A stretch of DNA of 64,000 nt from Candidatus Omnitrophota bacterium (GTDB taxonomy: Bacteria; Omnitrophota; Gorgyraeia; Gygaellales; Profunditerraquicolaceae). Position 1 is the stretch's first letter; each line of letters opens with the position of its first letter. The notes beneath the pieces were generated by a model, which worked only from the letters and a program-made list of their open reading frames with translations, did not search any database and was not told the DNA's origin. A program made the position numbers and the translations under genes. Positions 28,994 through 38,674 of this stretch are shown in pieces. Where the stretch lies: the NCBI GenBank assembly GCA_003598025.1, contig QZKH01000002.1:138133-202132 (forward strand), in the 5' to 3' direction.

Positions 28994-30790
28994 ATGCTGA
29001 AATTAAAAGTAAGGGCGGTTTTTTTTAGTTTTATTTTGTTGTTTATCAGTTCATATGCCCGGGCTGATTTCAGCCAGGAACTTGAGCCCATTGTAATTAC
29101 TAAATCCAGGGTTCACCTTCTGCATCCTTTCACCCTGAGCCAGGATGCCCAAGAAACAGCATTATTCGGCTCTTTCATCCAAGAACTGCAAAAGCTGCCT
29201 TTAGACCTTCAAAGCCGTTCTCCTCTGGGAACGGTACAAACTGATTTTTCTTTGCGAGGCTCAACATTCCAGGGTGTTTTAATGCTCTTAAATGGACAGC
29301 GAATAAATGACCCCCAGACAGCGCACCATAATTCCGATATCCCGCTCACTAAAGAGGATATCCAGGGCATAGAAGTAATCCCGGGAGTCGGGTCTTCTAT
29401 TTACGGCCCCGATGCAATTGGCGGTGCAATAAATATAAACATAAAAGAGCCAGAGGCTAACCATACGGTTTTAGAGTCTGCCATAGGTAATTATCAATCC
29501 GGCTACGGCCTTTTTAGCCTTTCCCGCAAGAATGATACTTCAGGGATAAGGTTTTCATTACAACGCGATGAATCTACGGGATTTTATACTGATACGGATA
29601 GTAAAGCCTTTACTACGTCTTTATCCGCTAAACACGGTTTTGATAGAGGTAAGTTTAATTTTTTTATGGGATACCAGGAGAAAGAGTTTGGCGCCTATGA
29701 TTTTTATACGCCTTATAGCGGATATTTATCAAAAGAGTGGACAAAAACCTATTTATTAAATACAGGCTCGGACTTTGATATGGATGGATTAATAATAAGG
29801 CCTAATGTAATATGGCGCAGGCACTATGATAAATTTGAGCTTGATAAAACTCATACCCGGAGTAACTATCTCAACCATCACCGCACGGATATGTATACGC
29901 CTGGTATATATTTCCAGAAAGAAACCCGTAATTTAGGCAAGTTGGGAGCGGGATTTGAATACGGCCAGGAGATTATTAATTCAACAAATCTCGGTAAACA
30001 CGACCGTCAGCATAAAAGCGTATTTTTTGATGACAGTGTCAATTTGTTTGAAAATGTTTTATTCGGCTTATCGGCAAGAATAGACGATTATGATAGTTTT
30101 GATGAAGTTGCAACCGGTTCAATATCTATGCGTTATATCCTTGATAAAATTAATTCTTTTTCGCTTGGATTATCGAAAAGCACACGCATACCTTCATTTA
30201 CTGAACTTTATTATAGTGATCCTGTGACGCTTGGCAACCCTGGGCTTTCGGCTGAGGAATCACTTAATTATCAATTAGGATATGATTTTAACAACGGAGC
30301 TTACCAGGCCGGGATGCAGGTTTTTTTCAGGGAAGAAGAGGATTTTATAGACTGGGTTAAGCGTTCGCCTCTCCAAGCTAAGTGGCAGGTTGAAAATATC
30401 TCCAATGCGCAGGTTTCAGGATTAGAGAGTTATTTTAATTCCAGGTTAAATGATTTAGTCAAGATTGAGTCTAACTATGCTTATATCAATAAGCGCATAC
30501 AGGATGATGGTCTCTTGTATAAATACGGGCCTAATTATATGCGGCATTTGGTAAATATCTATTCTATCTTCGGCTTTGATTTCGGCCAGCAGGTAATCGG
30601 TTTCACCTACAAGAAAAAACCGGGAAGGCGCGGCTGGCTTATAATGAATACAGCCTTTAGCTATGATATTAACAGAAATTGCAAGCTCTTCTTTAAAGTA
30701 TCCAACTTACTCAATGTCGAATACCAGGAAATCGCAGGCATACCTCAACCCGGCAGGTCATTTGAGGCAGGGGTGAGATTTAAGTGGTAG
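28994..30790 (+). CDS. TonB-dependent outer membrane receptor (compact, BtuB-like)
   Basis: Signal peptide, EPIVIT TonB box, plug (SLRGS..LLNG, IEVIPG..SSIYG..AIGGAINI), RIPSFTELY, NLLN..Y, terminal W. Confidence 0.88.
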   Translation: MLKLKVRAVFFSFILLFISSYARADFSQELEPIVITKSRVHLLHPFTLSQDAQETALFGSFIQELQKLPLDLQSRSPLGTVQTDFSLRGSTFQGVLMLLNGQRINDPQTAHHNSDIPLTKEDIQGIEVIPGVGSSIYGPDAIGGAININIKEPEANHTVLESAIGNYQSGYGLFSLSRKNDTSGIRFSLQRDESTGFYTDTDSKAFTTSLSAKHGFDRGKFNFFMGYQEKEFGAYDFYTPYSGYLSKEWTKTYLLNTGSDFDMDGLIIRPNVIWRRHYDKFELDKTHTRSNYLNHHRTDMYTPGIYFQKETRNLGKLGAGFEYGQEIINSTNLGKHDRQHKSVFFDDSVNLFENVLFGLSARIDDYDSFDEVATGSISMRYILDKINSFSLGLSKSTRIPSFTELYYSDPVTLGNPGLSAEESLNYQLGYDFNNGAYQAGMQVFFREEEDFIDWVKRSPLQAKWQVENISNAQVSGLESYFNSRLNDLVKIESNYAYINKRIQDDGLLYKYGPNYMRHLVNIYSIFGFDFGQQVIGFTYKKKPGRRGWLIMNTAFSYDINRNCKLFFKVSNLLNVEYQEIAGIPQPGRSFEAGVRFKW

Positions 30791-30799
30791 AAGTAGATT

Positions 30800-30867
30800 A
30801 GTCCACTGTTCACAGATTACGGTTCATAGAATATTTATGTGAACTGCACACCATGAACTGTGAACTA
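30800..30867. repeat. Inverted heptamer repeat array (GTTCAYA x4 / TRTGAAC x4, degenerate)
   Basis: GTCCACT GTTCACA GATTACG GTTCATA ... TGTGAAC TGCACAC CATGAAC TGTGAAC. Confidence 0.7.
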
Positions 30868-30876
30868 TATAAATAA

Positions 30877-30904
30877 TTGCATTTCAATCTATCGCTGATA
30901 TAAT
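30877..30904 (+). promoter_or_regulatory. Extended -10 promoter (leaderless) of cyclophilin gene
   Basis: TTGCAT-N16-TATAAT with TGn; ATG 6 nt after -10. Confidence 0.65.
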
Positions 30905-30910
30905 ATCCCT

Positions 30911-31447
30911 ATGAAAAAGCTGCTGTTTTTTTCTATTCTTTCTTTAGCTTTTTTTGCCACCCGCGGCTTTGCAGAAGGAGGAGATATCGTGGTATTAGAA
31001 ACCAACCAAGGCAGGATTGAAATAAAACTTATGCCTGATATAGCGCCTAAGGCATGCCAGAATTTTAGAACGCTTGTTGAAGAAGGATATTATAACGGCT
31101 TAATCTTTCATCGGGTCATCAAGGGTTTTATGATACAAGGAGGAGACCCTACAGGTACAGGTATGGGAGGGGTTTCTATCTGGGGTAAGCCTTTTGCGGA
31201 TGAAGTGAGTATTAATGTTGCATTTGATAAGCCGGGGTTGGTCGCTATGGCTAATTCCGGGCCGAATACAAATATGAGCCAGTTTTTTATTACCACAGCC
31301 ATGACCCCATGGCTTAATATGCGCCATACAATATTTGGCGAGGTAATTTCAGGTTATGATGTTGTCCAGAATATTGAGAATGTAGCTACAGACGCCTCTA
31401 ATAAGCCTATCACCAGGCAAGTGATAACAAAAGCTTATTTGAAATAA
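30911..31447 (+). CDS. ppiA: Cyclophilin-type peptidyl-prolyl isomerase with signal peptide
   Basis: FHRVIKGFMIQGGD, AMANSGPNTNMSQFFIT, HTIFGEV. Confidence 0.92.
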   Translation: MKKLLFFSILSLAFFATRGFAEGGDIVVLETNQGRIEIKLMPDIAPKACQNFRTLVEEGYYNGLIFHRVIKGFMIQGGDPTGTGMGGVSIWGKPFADEVSINVAFDKPGLVAMANSGPNTNMSQFFITTAMTPWLNMRHTIFGEVISGYDVVQNIENVATDASNKPITRQVITKAYLK

Positions 31448-31496
31448 TGCCCGTCGTTTCTTAACCCTCTTCTAAGTTAAGCACCGGAAAATTTAA

Positions 31497-33521
31497 ATGG
31501 CTAAAGTCATAGATTATTCCAGCGAGTTAAATAAAGCCCAATTACAGGCTGTTGAGTCTACCCGGGGGCCGTATCTGGTTATAGCCGGAGCAGGCAGCGG
31601 CAAGACAAGGGTATTGGTATATAGGGTCGCCTATCTGGTTGAAAACGGGGTAAGCCCGGAAGAGATACTCTTGCTTACTTTTACGCGCAAGGCTGCTGAG
31701 GAGATGCTCAGGCGCGCAAGTTTATTATTGGATAACCGTTGCCAGAGGGTCTCAGGCGGGACTTTTCATTCTTTCGCCAACCTGATGCTCAGGAGGTATG
31801 CCAAATTCCTGAGTATGCCGTCTAACTTTACCATATTAGACCAATCTGATGCCGAAGACGCCATCAATCTTATGCGTGCGCAGCTGGGGCTCAATAAGAC
31901 AGAAAAGCGTTTCCCGCGCAAAAAAGCCGTTCATGAAATAATTTCAAAGAGCATTAATAAGGCACAACCGATTGAAGATGTGCTATATGAAGAATACCCT
32001 CATTTTATGGAATGGACGGAGGAGATAAAAAATATCAGGGACAGCTATAATAAATATAAGGCGTCTAAATTCCTTCTGGACTATGACGATCTGCTGATAT
32101 ATTTCAGGGACCTTCTTGTTAAGAATGAAGATATCCGTGTCAAACTTTCCAAAAGATTTAAATATATTATGGTGGATGAGTACCAGGATACAAATAAGCT
32201 GCAGGCTTTTATAGCCTGTTTATTAGCAAGCGAGCACCATAATATTATGGTCGTAGGTGATGATGCGCAGAGTATTTATTCTTTTAGAGGCGCCAATTTC
32301 AGGAATATACTCGATTTCCCGAAGATCTTCAAGGAAGCCAAAATCATTACCCTTGAAGAGAATTACCGTTCGACACAGAAGATACTCAATCTTACTAATG
32401 ATGTCATACGTTATTCTAAGGAAGGGTTTGAAAAGAACCTCTACACCAAGAGAAAAGGCGGCTCAAAGCCTGTTTATATTGAGACAAGAGATGAGAACGG
32501 CCAATCAAAGTTTATCGCCGATAAGATACTTGAGCTAAGGGAAGAAGGCGTAGAGCTTAAAGATATAGCTGTATTGTTCCGTTCAGGATGGCATTCTAAC
32601 GATTTAGAGATAGAACTTTCTTCAAGGGATATACCTTTTGCTAAATACGGAGGGCAGAAGTTTGTAGAGGCAGCGCATATAAAAGATATAGTTTCGTATC
32701 TGAGGATCATGCATAATGCAAGCGATGAAATAAGCTGGCACAGAATACTCCTTTTAATGAGAGGCGTCGGCTCAAAGACAGCTACTCAGATTATTAATGA
32801 GATATTGGTGCATAAACAGTATTCCGGGATAGATTCAAAGTTTACCAGGAAAATAGAAGACCTTAGGGCGCTCTTTGAGATATTTCACGGGTTAGATGAT
32901 TGCTCTTTGACCAAACCCGCGGAGCTTATACGTATTTTTATGAAGCATTATGAGCCGCTGCTTAAGGAGAAATACGATGATTTTAATAAGAGGTTAGGCG
33001 ATTTGGATTCTTTAATAAGGATAGCTTCCAGGTATGATTCGCTTGAGAATTTCCTTGTAGACTTAGCACTCGAGCCTCCGGAGAGAAACATAATAGAAGC
33101 AGGCTTAAGAGATAAAGATGATTCCGGAGTTACTTTGTCCACGATACATTCTGCTAAAGGCCTTGAATGGCATACTGTTTTCATAATCTACGTTGCTGAA
33201 GGGCACCTGCCTTCTTATTTAAGCCTTGAAGACGAAGAAGCTATAGAGGAAGAACGAAGATTGTTTTATGTCGCATCAACCCGGGCAAAAGAGAACCTGT
33301 TTTTGTTAAAACCGCATATTGACAGAGCCCCCAGGAATTATTTTGATAATGCAGGTTCTGTGATAACCGAGGTATCCCGTTTTTTGCGGGAGGCAGATAT
33401 CATGGATAAACACCTTGATATATTAGAGATGCAGCACTATGCGGAGCATAACTACGCGACCGGCAAAAACGGAATGCTGGAGATGATGAAAGACTATTTT
33501 CGTTATATCGATGATATTTAA
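31497..33521 (+). CDS. UvrD/PcrA-family ATP-dependent DNA helicase
   Basis: AGAGSGKT, VDEYQDTN, VGDDAQSIY, NYRST, TIHSAKGLEW, EERRLFYVA. Confidence 0.92.
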   Translation: MAKVIDYSSELNKAQLQAVESTRGPYLVIAGAGSGKTRVLVYRVAYLVENGVSPEEILLLTFTRKAAEEMLRRASLLLDNRCQRVSGGTFHSFANLMLRRYAKFLSMPSNFTILDQSDAEDAINLMRAQLGLNKTEKRFPRKKAVHEIISKSINKAQPIEDVLYEEYPHFMEWTEEIKNIRDSYNKYKASKFLLDYDDLLIYFRDLLVKNEDIRVKLSKRFKYIMVDEYQDTNKLQAFIACLLASEHHNIMVVGDDAQSIYSFRGANFRNILDFPKIFKEAKIITLEENYRSTQKILNLTNDVIRYSKEGFEKNLYTKRKGGSKPVYIETRDENGQSKFIADKILELREEGVELKDIAVLFRSGWHSNDLEIELSSRDIPFAKYGGQKFVEAAHIKDIVSYLRIMHNASDEISWHRILLLMRGVGSKTATQIINEILVHKQYSGIDSKFTRKIEDLRALFEIFHGLDDCSLTKPAELIRIFMKHYEPLLKEKYDDFNKRLGDLDSLIRIASRYDSLENFLVDLALEPPERNIIEAGLRDKDDSGVTLSTIHSAKGLEWHTVFIIYVAEGHLPSYLSLEDEEAIEEERRLFYVASTRAKENLFLLKPHIDRAPRNYFDNAGSVITEVSRFLREADIMDKHLDILEMQHYAEHNYATGKNGMLEMMKDYFRYIDDI

Positions 33522-33534
33522 CTTATAATATAAG

Positions 33535-34632
33535 ATGAAGAAAAGAGTAGTGGTAGCCATGAGCGGGGGGGTTGATTCTTCAGTTGCTGCTGCCCTTCTT
33601 TGCGGCAAAGGCTATGAAGTTATCGGCCTTACAATGTGTTTCAATTTATCTGAAGAGGGTAAGAGGCGCAGGATCCCATGCTGCGGTATTGAAGGCATAG
33701 AGGATGCAAGAAGGGTCGCACACAAGCTTAAGATCAGGCATTACGTTGTTAATATGCAAAAGTATTTGAAAAGATACGTTATTGATGATTTTATCCAGGA
33801 ATATTCTGCAGGCAGGACTCCTAATCCTTGCGTCAGGTGTAATCAATTCCTTAAATTTGATATATTGTTGAAGAAGGCACTTTCTTTGGATGCAGAATAT
33901 CTTGCTACCGGGCATTATGCGCGCATCGAAAAAGTCACCAGCCGTCAGCCGTCAGCCGTCAGCTTTAAGCTAAGAAAAGGCAAAGATAAGAATAAAGATC
34001 AGTCTTATTTTCTCTATCGATTGAATCAGGCGCAATTAAAACACATATTATTCCCTTTGGGGGGCTATACAAAACAGGAAGTAAGAAGCTTGGCTAGAGA
34101 TTTTGGTTTAGCTGTTGCTGATAAGGCAGGGAGCCAGGAGATATGCTTTTTACCGGATGATGATTACAGAGTTTTTATAAAGGGGAAAATTAAAGGCGAT
34201 GCCACAGGGGATATTATAGATGGCAAAGGTAACATATTGGGCAGACATAGGGGTATAGCCTATTATACTATAGGCCAAAGGCAGGGTTTAGGGATTGCTT
34301 TAGGTTACCCTGCATATATAATTGGCATCGAAGCCAAAACTAACAGGATAATAATCGGGCCAAAAGCCCAGGCTTTAAGCAAGTCTTTTATGGTGAAAGA
34401 ATGCCATTTTATAGCCGATTTCCCGGAAAAGAAGATTGCTGCAAAAGTCAAGATAAGGTATAATCACAAAGAGGCTCCTGCGGATATCTATCCTATGGGT
34501 GAAAAAATAAGAGTAGCTTTTAAAAAAGCGCAGTTTGCCGTTACTTGCGGGCAGTCGGCTGTTTTTTATGACAAGGATACTGTTTTAGGCGGCGGGATTA
34601 TAGATTGCATTCAGGAGAGAAAGGAAAAATGA
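33535..34632 (+). CDS. mnmA: tRNA 2-thiouridylase MnmA
   Basis: AMSGGVDSS, GRTPNPC, ATGHY, KDQSYFL, YTIGQR, GQSAV. Confidence 0.95.
   Translation: MKKRVVVAMSGGVDSSVAAALLCGKGYEVIGLTMCFNLSEEGKRRRIPCCGIEGIEDARRVAHKLKIRHYVVNMQKYLKRYVIDDFIQEYSAGRTPNPCVRCNQFLKFDILLKKALSLDAEYLATGHYARIEKVTSRQPSAVSFKLRKGKDKNKDQSYFLYRLNQAQLKHILFPLGGYTKQEVRSLARDFGLAVADKAGSQEICFLPDDDYRVFIKGKIKGDATGDIIDGKGNILGRHRGIAYYTIGQRQGLGIALGYPAYIIGIEAKTNRIIIGPKAQALSKSFMVKECHFIADFPEKKIAAKVKIRYNHKEAPADIYPMGEKIRVAFKKAQFAVTCGQSAVFYDKDTVLGGGIIDCIQERKEK
33933..33963 (+). repeat. In-frame heptamer tandem repeat (AGCCGTC)x3 in mnmA
   Basis: AGTCACC AGCCGTC AGCCGTC AGCCGTC AGC encodes VTSRQPSAVS. Confidence 0.75.
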
Positions 34633-35552
34633 GCAAAATAAGTTTTAGAAATGACCTTCAGAAGAAAATAAAGGATTTAAAGAAGAAGCGTAATGCGGTT
34701 ATTCTGGCCCACAACTATCAGTTGCCCGAAGTCCAGGATGTCGCTGATATAAGAGGGGATTCCCTGGAATTAAGCAGGGCTGCGGCAAAGACTGATGCCG
34801 AAGTGATAATTTTTTGCGGGGTCCATTTCATGGCTGAAACAGCATCTATCCTTTGCCCGGATAAAAAAGTGATCGTGCCTGATATTAATGCGGGCTGCCC
34901 GATGGCAAATATGCTGACCGCGCAGGATTTAAGAAAGCTAAAAGAAAAGCATCCTGGCGCAGTAGTAATAGGCTATGTTAATACATCCGCAGAAGTTAAA
35001 GCCGAGCTTGATGTTTGCAGTACATCCACAAACGCTATTGCCGTTGTAAACGCCTTCAAGGATAAGAAAGATATTATTTTTGTGCCTGATAAATGCCTCA
35101 CCGATTATGTCTCAAGGAAAACAGGGAAAAAACTTATATCCTGGAATGGTTTCTGTCCCACTCATGTAAAGATCATGCCGGAAGATATCACAAGAGAAAA
35201 GAAATTCCATCCTAAAGCCAAGGTCATAGTTCATCCTGAATGCCTGCCTTCTGTGGTTGACCTGGCAGATGCTGTGTTATCAACGAGCCAGATGGCTAAA
35301 TTTGCAAAAGATAGCGATGCTAAAGAGTTTATTATAGGCACGGAAGTCGGTTTAATTTACCGTTTAAAACAGGATAACCCCAATAAGGAATTTTATCCTG
35401 CTTCAGAGCGGGCAGTCTGCCCTAATATGAAGAGGACCACTCAGGAGAAGATACTTTGGGCTTTGGAAGAGTTGCAGACAGAAGTAAAGGTGCCTGATGT
35501 TATAAGAATGCGCGCAAAGAAGGCAATTGATAAAATGCTCGAAATAATCTAG
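34629..35552 (+). CDS. nadA: Quinolinate synthase
   Basis: ILAHNYQ, GDSLEL, FCGVHFMAE, AGCPMA, VHPEC, CPNMK. Confidence 0.95.
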   Translation: MSKISFRNDLQKKIKDLKKKRNAVILAHNYQLPEVQDVADIRGDSLELSRAAAKTDAEVIIFCGVHFMAETASILCPDKKVIVPDINAGCPMANMLTAQDLRKLKEKHPGAVVIGYVNTSAEVKAELDVCSTSTNAIAVVNAFKDKKDIIFVPDKCLTDYVSRKTGKKLISWNGFCPTHVKIMPEDITREKKFHPKAKVIVHPECLPSVVDLADAVLSTSQMAKFAKDSDAKEFIIGTEVGLIYRLKQDNPNKEFYPASERAVCPNMKRTTQEKILWALEELQTEVKVPDVIRMRAKKAIDKMLEII

Positions 35553-35554
35553 TA

Positions 35555-36196
35555 ATGCTTAAACTTTCTCCTTCCAGCCTTAACCTGTTCGTTGATTGTC
35601 CGAGATGTTTCTGGCTTTATGTAAATAAAAATATAAAAAGGCCGGGGCCTCCTGTGGCTTCTATTGCCAGCGGGTTAGACAGGGTCCTTAAGGCATACTT
35701 TGATACATTCAGGAAAAATGGAAACCTCCCGCCGTTTTTATCAGGCAAAATACCGGGGAAATTAATGCTGGATATGCCTAAGAAGGGCTGGTTGGATTTT
35801 TATGACCCTGAGCTTGAGGCAAAATTGGGCGGATATTTGGATGAATGCATACATCTGGACGATGGTAAATATGCGGTATTAGACCATAAGACAAGGGGCA
35901 GCGCGCCTCAAGAGGTCCACCGGTCTTATCAGCTTCAAATGGATGCCTATACTTTCCTCCTTGAACAAAATAATTTGCCGACAAACAGGACAGCCTATAT
36001 TGTTTATTATATACCAGAGAAGATAGGTTCTTTAAAAGAAGTGAGTTTTGATTTTATTCTAAAAGAACTTAAAACTGACCCCGAGAGGGCTGAAGATATT
36101 TTCCATAGCGCCGTAAATACGCTTGCTTCTGCCATCCCGGAAGTAAATAAAAACTGTGATTTTTGTAAATGGCTTGATACATCAGGTGTAAAATGA
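35555..36196 (+). CDS. PD-(D/E)XK nuclease (RecB/Cas4-like)
   Basis: LSPSSLN..CPRC, GGYLD...DHKT, QxxxY, C-terminal CDFC. Confidence 0.8.
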   Translation: MLKLSPSSLNLFVDCPRCFWLYVNKNIKRPGPPVASIASGLDRVLKAYFDTFRKNGNLPPFLSGKIPGKLMLDMPKKGWLDFYDPELEAKLGGYLDECIHLDDGKYAVLDHKTRGSAPQEVHRSYQLQMDAYTFLLEQNNLPTNRTAYIVYYIPEKIGSLKEVSFDFILKELKTDPERAEDIFHSAVNTLASAIPEVNKNCDFCKWLDTSGVK

Positions 36197-36819
36197 ACAT
36201 AGAGGTTGTATACGAGGACGATTGGCTATTGATTATAAACAAGCCATCAGGGATGCTCACTATCCCTGCTCCCGGTAAAATAAATAATACCGCTACTGAT
36301 ATACTGAATAAAGATGCGCTAAACAAGAATAAGGCCTATCGCCTGCATCCATGCCACAGGCTTGATAAGGAGACCTCCGGCTTATTGATTTACGCAAAAG
36401 GAAAATCTACCCAGTCTAAAATAATGCGGATTTTTAAGGAAAGAAAGATAAAGAAGGCTTATCTTGCTTTGGTAAGCGGGAATTTATCCAGGCCTCAGGG
36501 CAGGATAAGTTTTCCCGTTGATAGCCAGAGTGCTGTTACCGATTACCGGGTTAAAGAGCACAGAAACGGTTATGATATAGTCCAGGTTTATCCTTTAACA
36601 GGCAGGAAGAACCAGATAAGGATACACTTTAAACGGATAAATCATCCGGTCCTTGGAGAAAGAAAATACGCTTTTGGAAAGGATTTTAAAATAAAGGCTA
36701 ACAGACTTTGCCTGCATGCATCATCTCTTGAATTCGTGCATCCGGTAACCGGCAGGCACATAAAAGCAACCGCCCCCGTGCCCAAAGCGATGGAGTCTTT
36801 TATTAACGCGCATAACTAA
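36193..36819 (+). CDS. RluA-family pseudouridine synthase
   Basis: NKPSG, HRLDKETSG, TGRKNQIRIH, LCLHA. Confidence 0.9.
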   Translation: MNIEVVYEDDWLLIINKPSGMLTIPAPGKINNTATDILNKDALNKNKAYRLHPCHRLDKETSGLLIYAKGKSTQSKIMRIFKERKIKKAYLALVSGNLSRPQGRISFPVDSQSAVTDYRVKEHRNGYDIVQVYPLTGRKNQIRIHFKRINHPVLGERKYAFGKDFKIKANRLCLHASSLEFVHPVTGRHIKATAPVPKAMESFINAHN

Positions 36820-36823
36820 CATA

Positions 36824-38647
36824 ATGAAAATATCCATAAAGTCTTTTGTCGTATTTCTGGCGCTTGCGGTAGTTTTATTTTTTGCCTGGTATAAATTTTC
36901 TTATCCGCGGTTTGTCTTAGTCGACCTTTCCGTAGATAAAACACAGGCAGTATCAATCGCTGAATCCTACCTGCGTTCAGAGGGTGTCAATCCGGAACAT
37001 TATTCCACTTCGGTTGCCTTTAATTACGACAGGTGGGCCGACCGTTATCTGCAGAAAACCATCGGGTTCAATAATAGGAAAGATTTCATAGAGAAGGAAG
37101 GGTACGACCTTTTTTATTGGACAGTCAGATTCTTCAAAGAGTTCCAGAAAGAAGAATTTGATGTAAAACTAAGTTCTAAAACCGGGCAGATTATCGGATT
37201 CAGGCACCAGATCGAAGATATCGAGCCGAGAGCTGATTTAGGGAGCGATGATTCAAAGCGCATAGCTGAAAATTTTCTAAAAGAACATTACCAGATAGAT
37301 TTAGGTGCATACGATATACATAAAGCGGAGGTTAAGAAATATGACGCCCGCCATGATTATATCTATTCCTGGGAAAAGTCAGGAGTTTATATCCCCTGGT
37401 CCAATGACGAGGGTGGCGCAAAACTGATAACGGGAGTAACCATCTCTGGGAAAGAAGTCCGTGAGTTCTCCGTGAAAGGCCTGGAGATACCGGAGAAATT
37501 CCAGCGTTACATCCAGAGGCAGCTTTTATTCGGCCAGCATTTATCAAGTTTCTCCTTTATCCTTCTAGTTATATTCCTTATTTTTTCCGTATATACAGTT
37601 GTTAGGAAGAAACATACAGTTGTTGTGCGCTCAACAAAGAAGCTGTACATATATATCGCCCTTGTCCTGGCAGGATTGCATTTGATTAATACCGCCAATA
37701 ATTTCCAGGTCATATTGATGGATTACGATACAAGCGTAAGTATATTATCTTATCTTTGGCTTGCTATATCCAGATCGGTTATCTTTATTTTTATAATCAG
37801 CATATTGTTTATTTTCCCCGGCCTGGCAGGAGAAGCGCTAAAAAACGAAGATAACAGTTTAAATAAATCTACTTCCCTGTATTATTACCTAAAGACTACA
37901 TTTTTATCCAGGGATGTTTGTGCTTCGGTAATGTTCGGTTATTTGATTTTTCTGATAATACTCGGCGCCCAGGCTGTTTTGTTTTTTCTTGGGCAGAGGT
38001 ACATGGGGGTTTGGCAGGAGTGGAACAGCCTTACCCGGTTCTCAAATGCCTATATACCTTTTTTGAGCGCTTTTATAATCGGCATAAGCGCAGGCCTTAA
38101 TGAAGAGATAGCATTCCGTTTATTCGGCATAAATTGGGTTAACAGGTATGTCCGCAGCATCCCGTTGGCTATTTTGGTAACTTCAGTATTCTGGGGTTTT
38201 GGCCATGCAAGTTATCCGATATTCCCTGTTTGGTTTAGAGGCATAGAGGTGACTATTATCGGCTTGTTCTTAGGGTTTGTGTATGTCAGGTATGGGTTGC
38301 TGACTGTTATAATTGCGCATTACTTAATTGATGTCTTCTTTGGCGTCTCAGCATATATCTTAGGCAGGAGCTCTTTTCTGCTTGCGGCTAGTTCAGTATT
38401 TGTTTTAGCCATACCTTTCATTTTCGCCTTGGCAGCTTTCATCTTTAACAGAAACGCCGAAGAAAAAAATATTGAGTTAGCTTTAGATAAAATTCAGAGT
38501 TATAATTTAGGGATTCTTGTTACGTATATATCGCGAAAAAAGCATGATGGTGTATCTGAAGCCCGGATAAAAGATGAACTTTTGGAGAATAACTGGGATT
38601 CAGATATAGTTGAAGCCGGGCTAAGAAAAGTTTTCGGCGGTAAATGA
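36824..38647 (+). CDS. CPBP (Abi/CAAX-like) intramembrane glutamic endopeptidase with large extracytoplasmic domain
   Basis: EEIAFR, FWGFGH, IIAHYLID motifs in multi-TM C-terminus. Confidence 0.8.
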   Translation: MKISIKSFVVFLALAVVLFFAWYKFSYPRFVLVDLSVDKTQAVSIAESYLRSEGVNPEHYSTSVAFNYDRWADRYLQKTIGFNNRKDFIEKEGYDLFYWTVRFFKEFQKEEFDVKLSSKTGQIIGFRHQIEDIEPRADLGSDDSKRIAENFLKEHYQIDLGAYDIHKAEVKKYDARHDYIYSWEKSGVYIPWSNDEGGAKLITGVTISGKEVREFSVKGLEIPEKFQRYIQRQLLFGQHLSSFSFILLVIFLIFSVYTVVRKKHTVVVRSTKKLYIYIALVLAGLHLINTANNFQVILMDYDTSVSILSYLWLAISRSVIFIFIISILFIFPGLAGEALKNEDNSLNKSTSLYYYLKTTFLSRDVCASVMFGYLIFLIILGAQAVLFFLGQRYMGVWQEWNSLTRFSNAYIPFLSAFIIGISAGLNEEIAFRLFGINWVNRYVRSIPLAILVTSVFWGFGHASYPIFPVWFRGIEVTIIGLFLGFVYVRYGLLTVIIAHYLIDVFFGVSAYILGRSSFLLAASSVFVLAIPFIFALAAFIFNRNAEEKNIELALDKIQSYNLGILVTYISRKKHDGVSEARIKDELLENNWDSDIVEAGLRKVFGGK

Positions 38648-38674
38648 TTTTATAACTTCACGGAGGCAGTTTTT

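Noticed and set aside
35555-36196. Cas4-like nuclease as sign of a CRISPR system
   Set aside because: No repeat-spacer array or other cas genes in the window; it sits in a housekeeping operon
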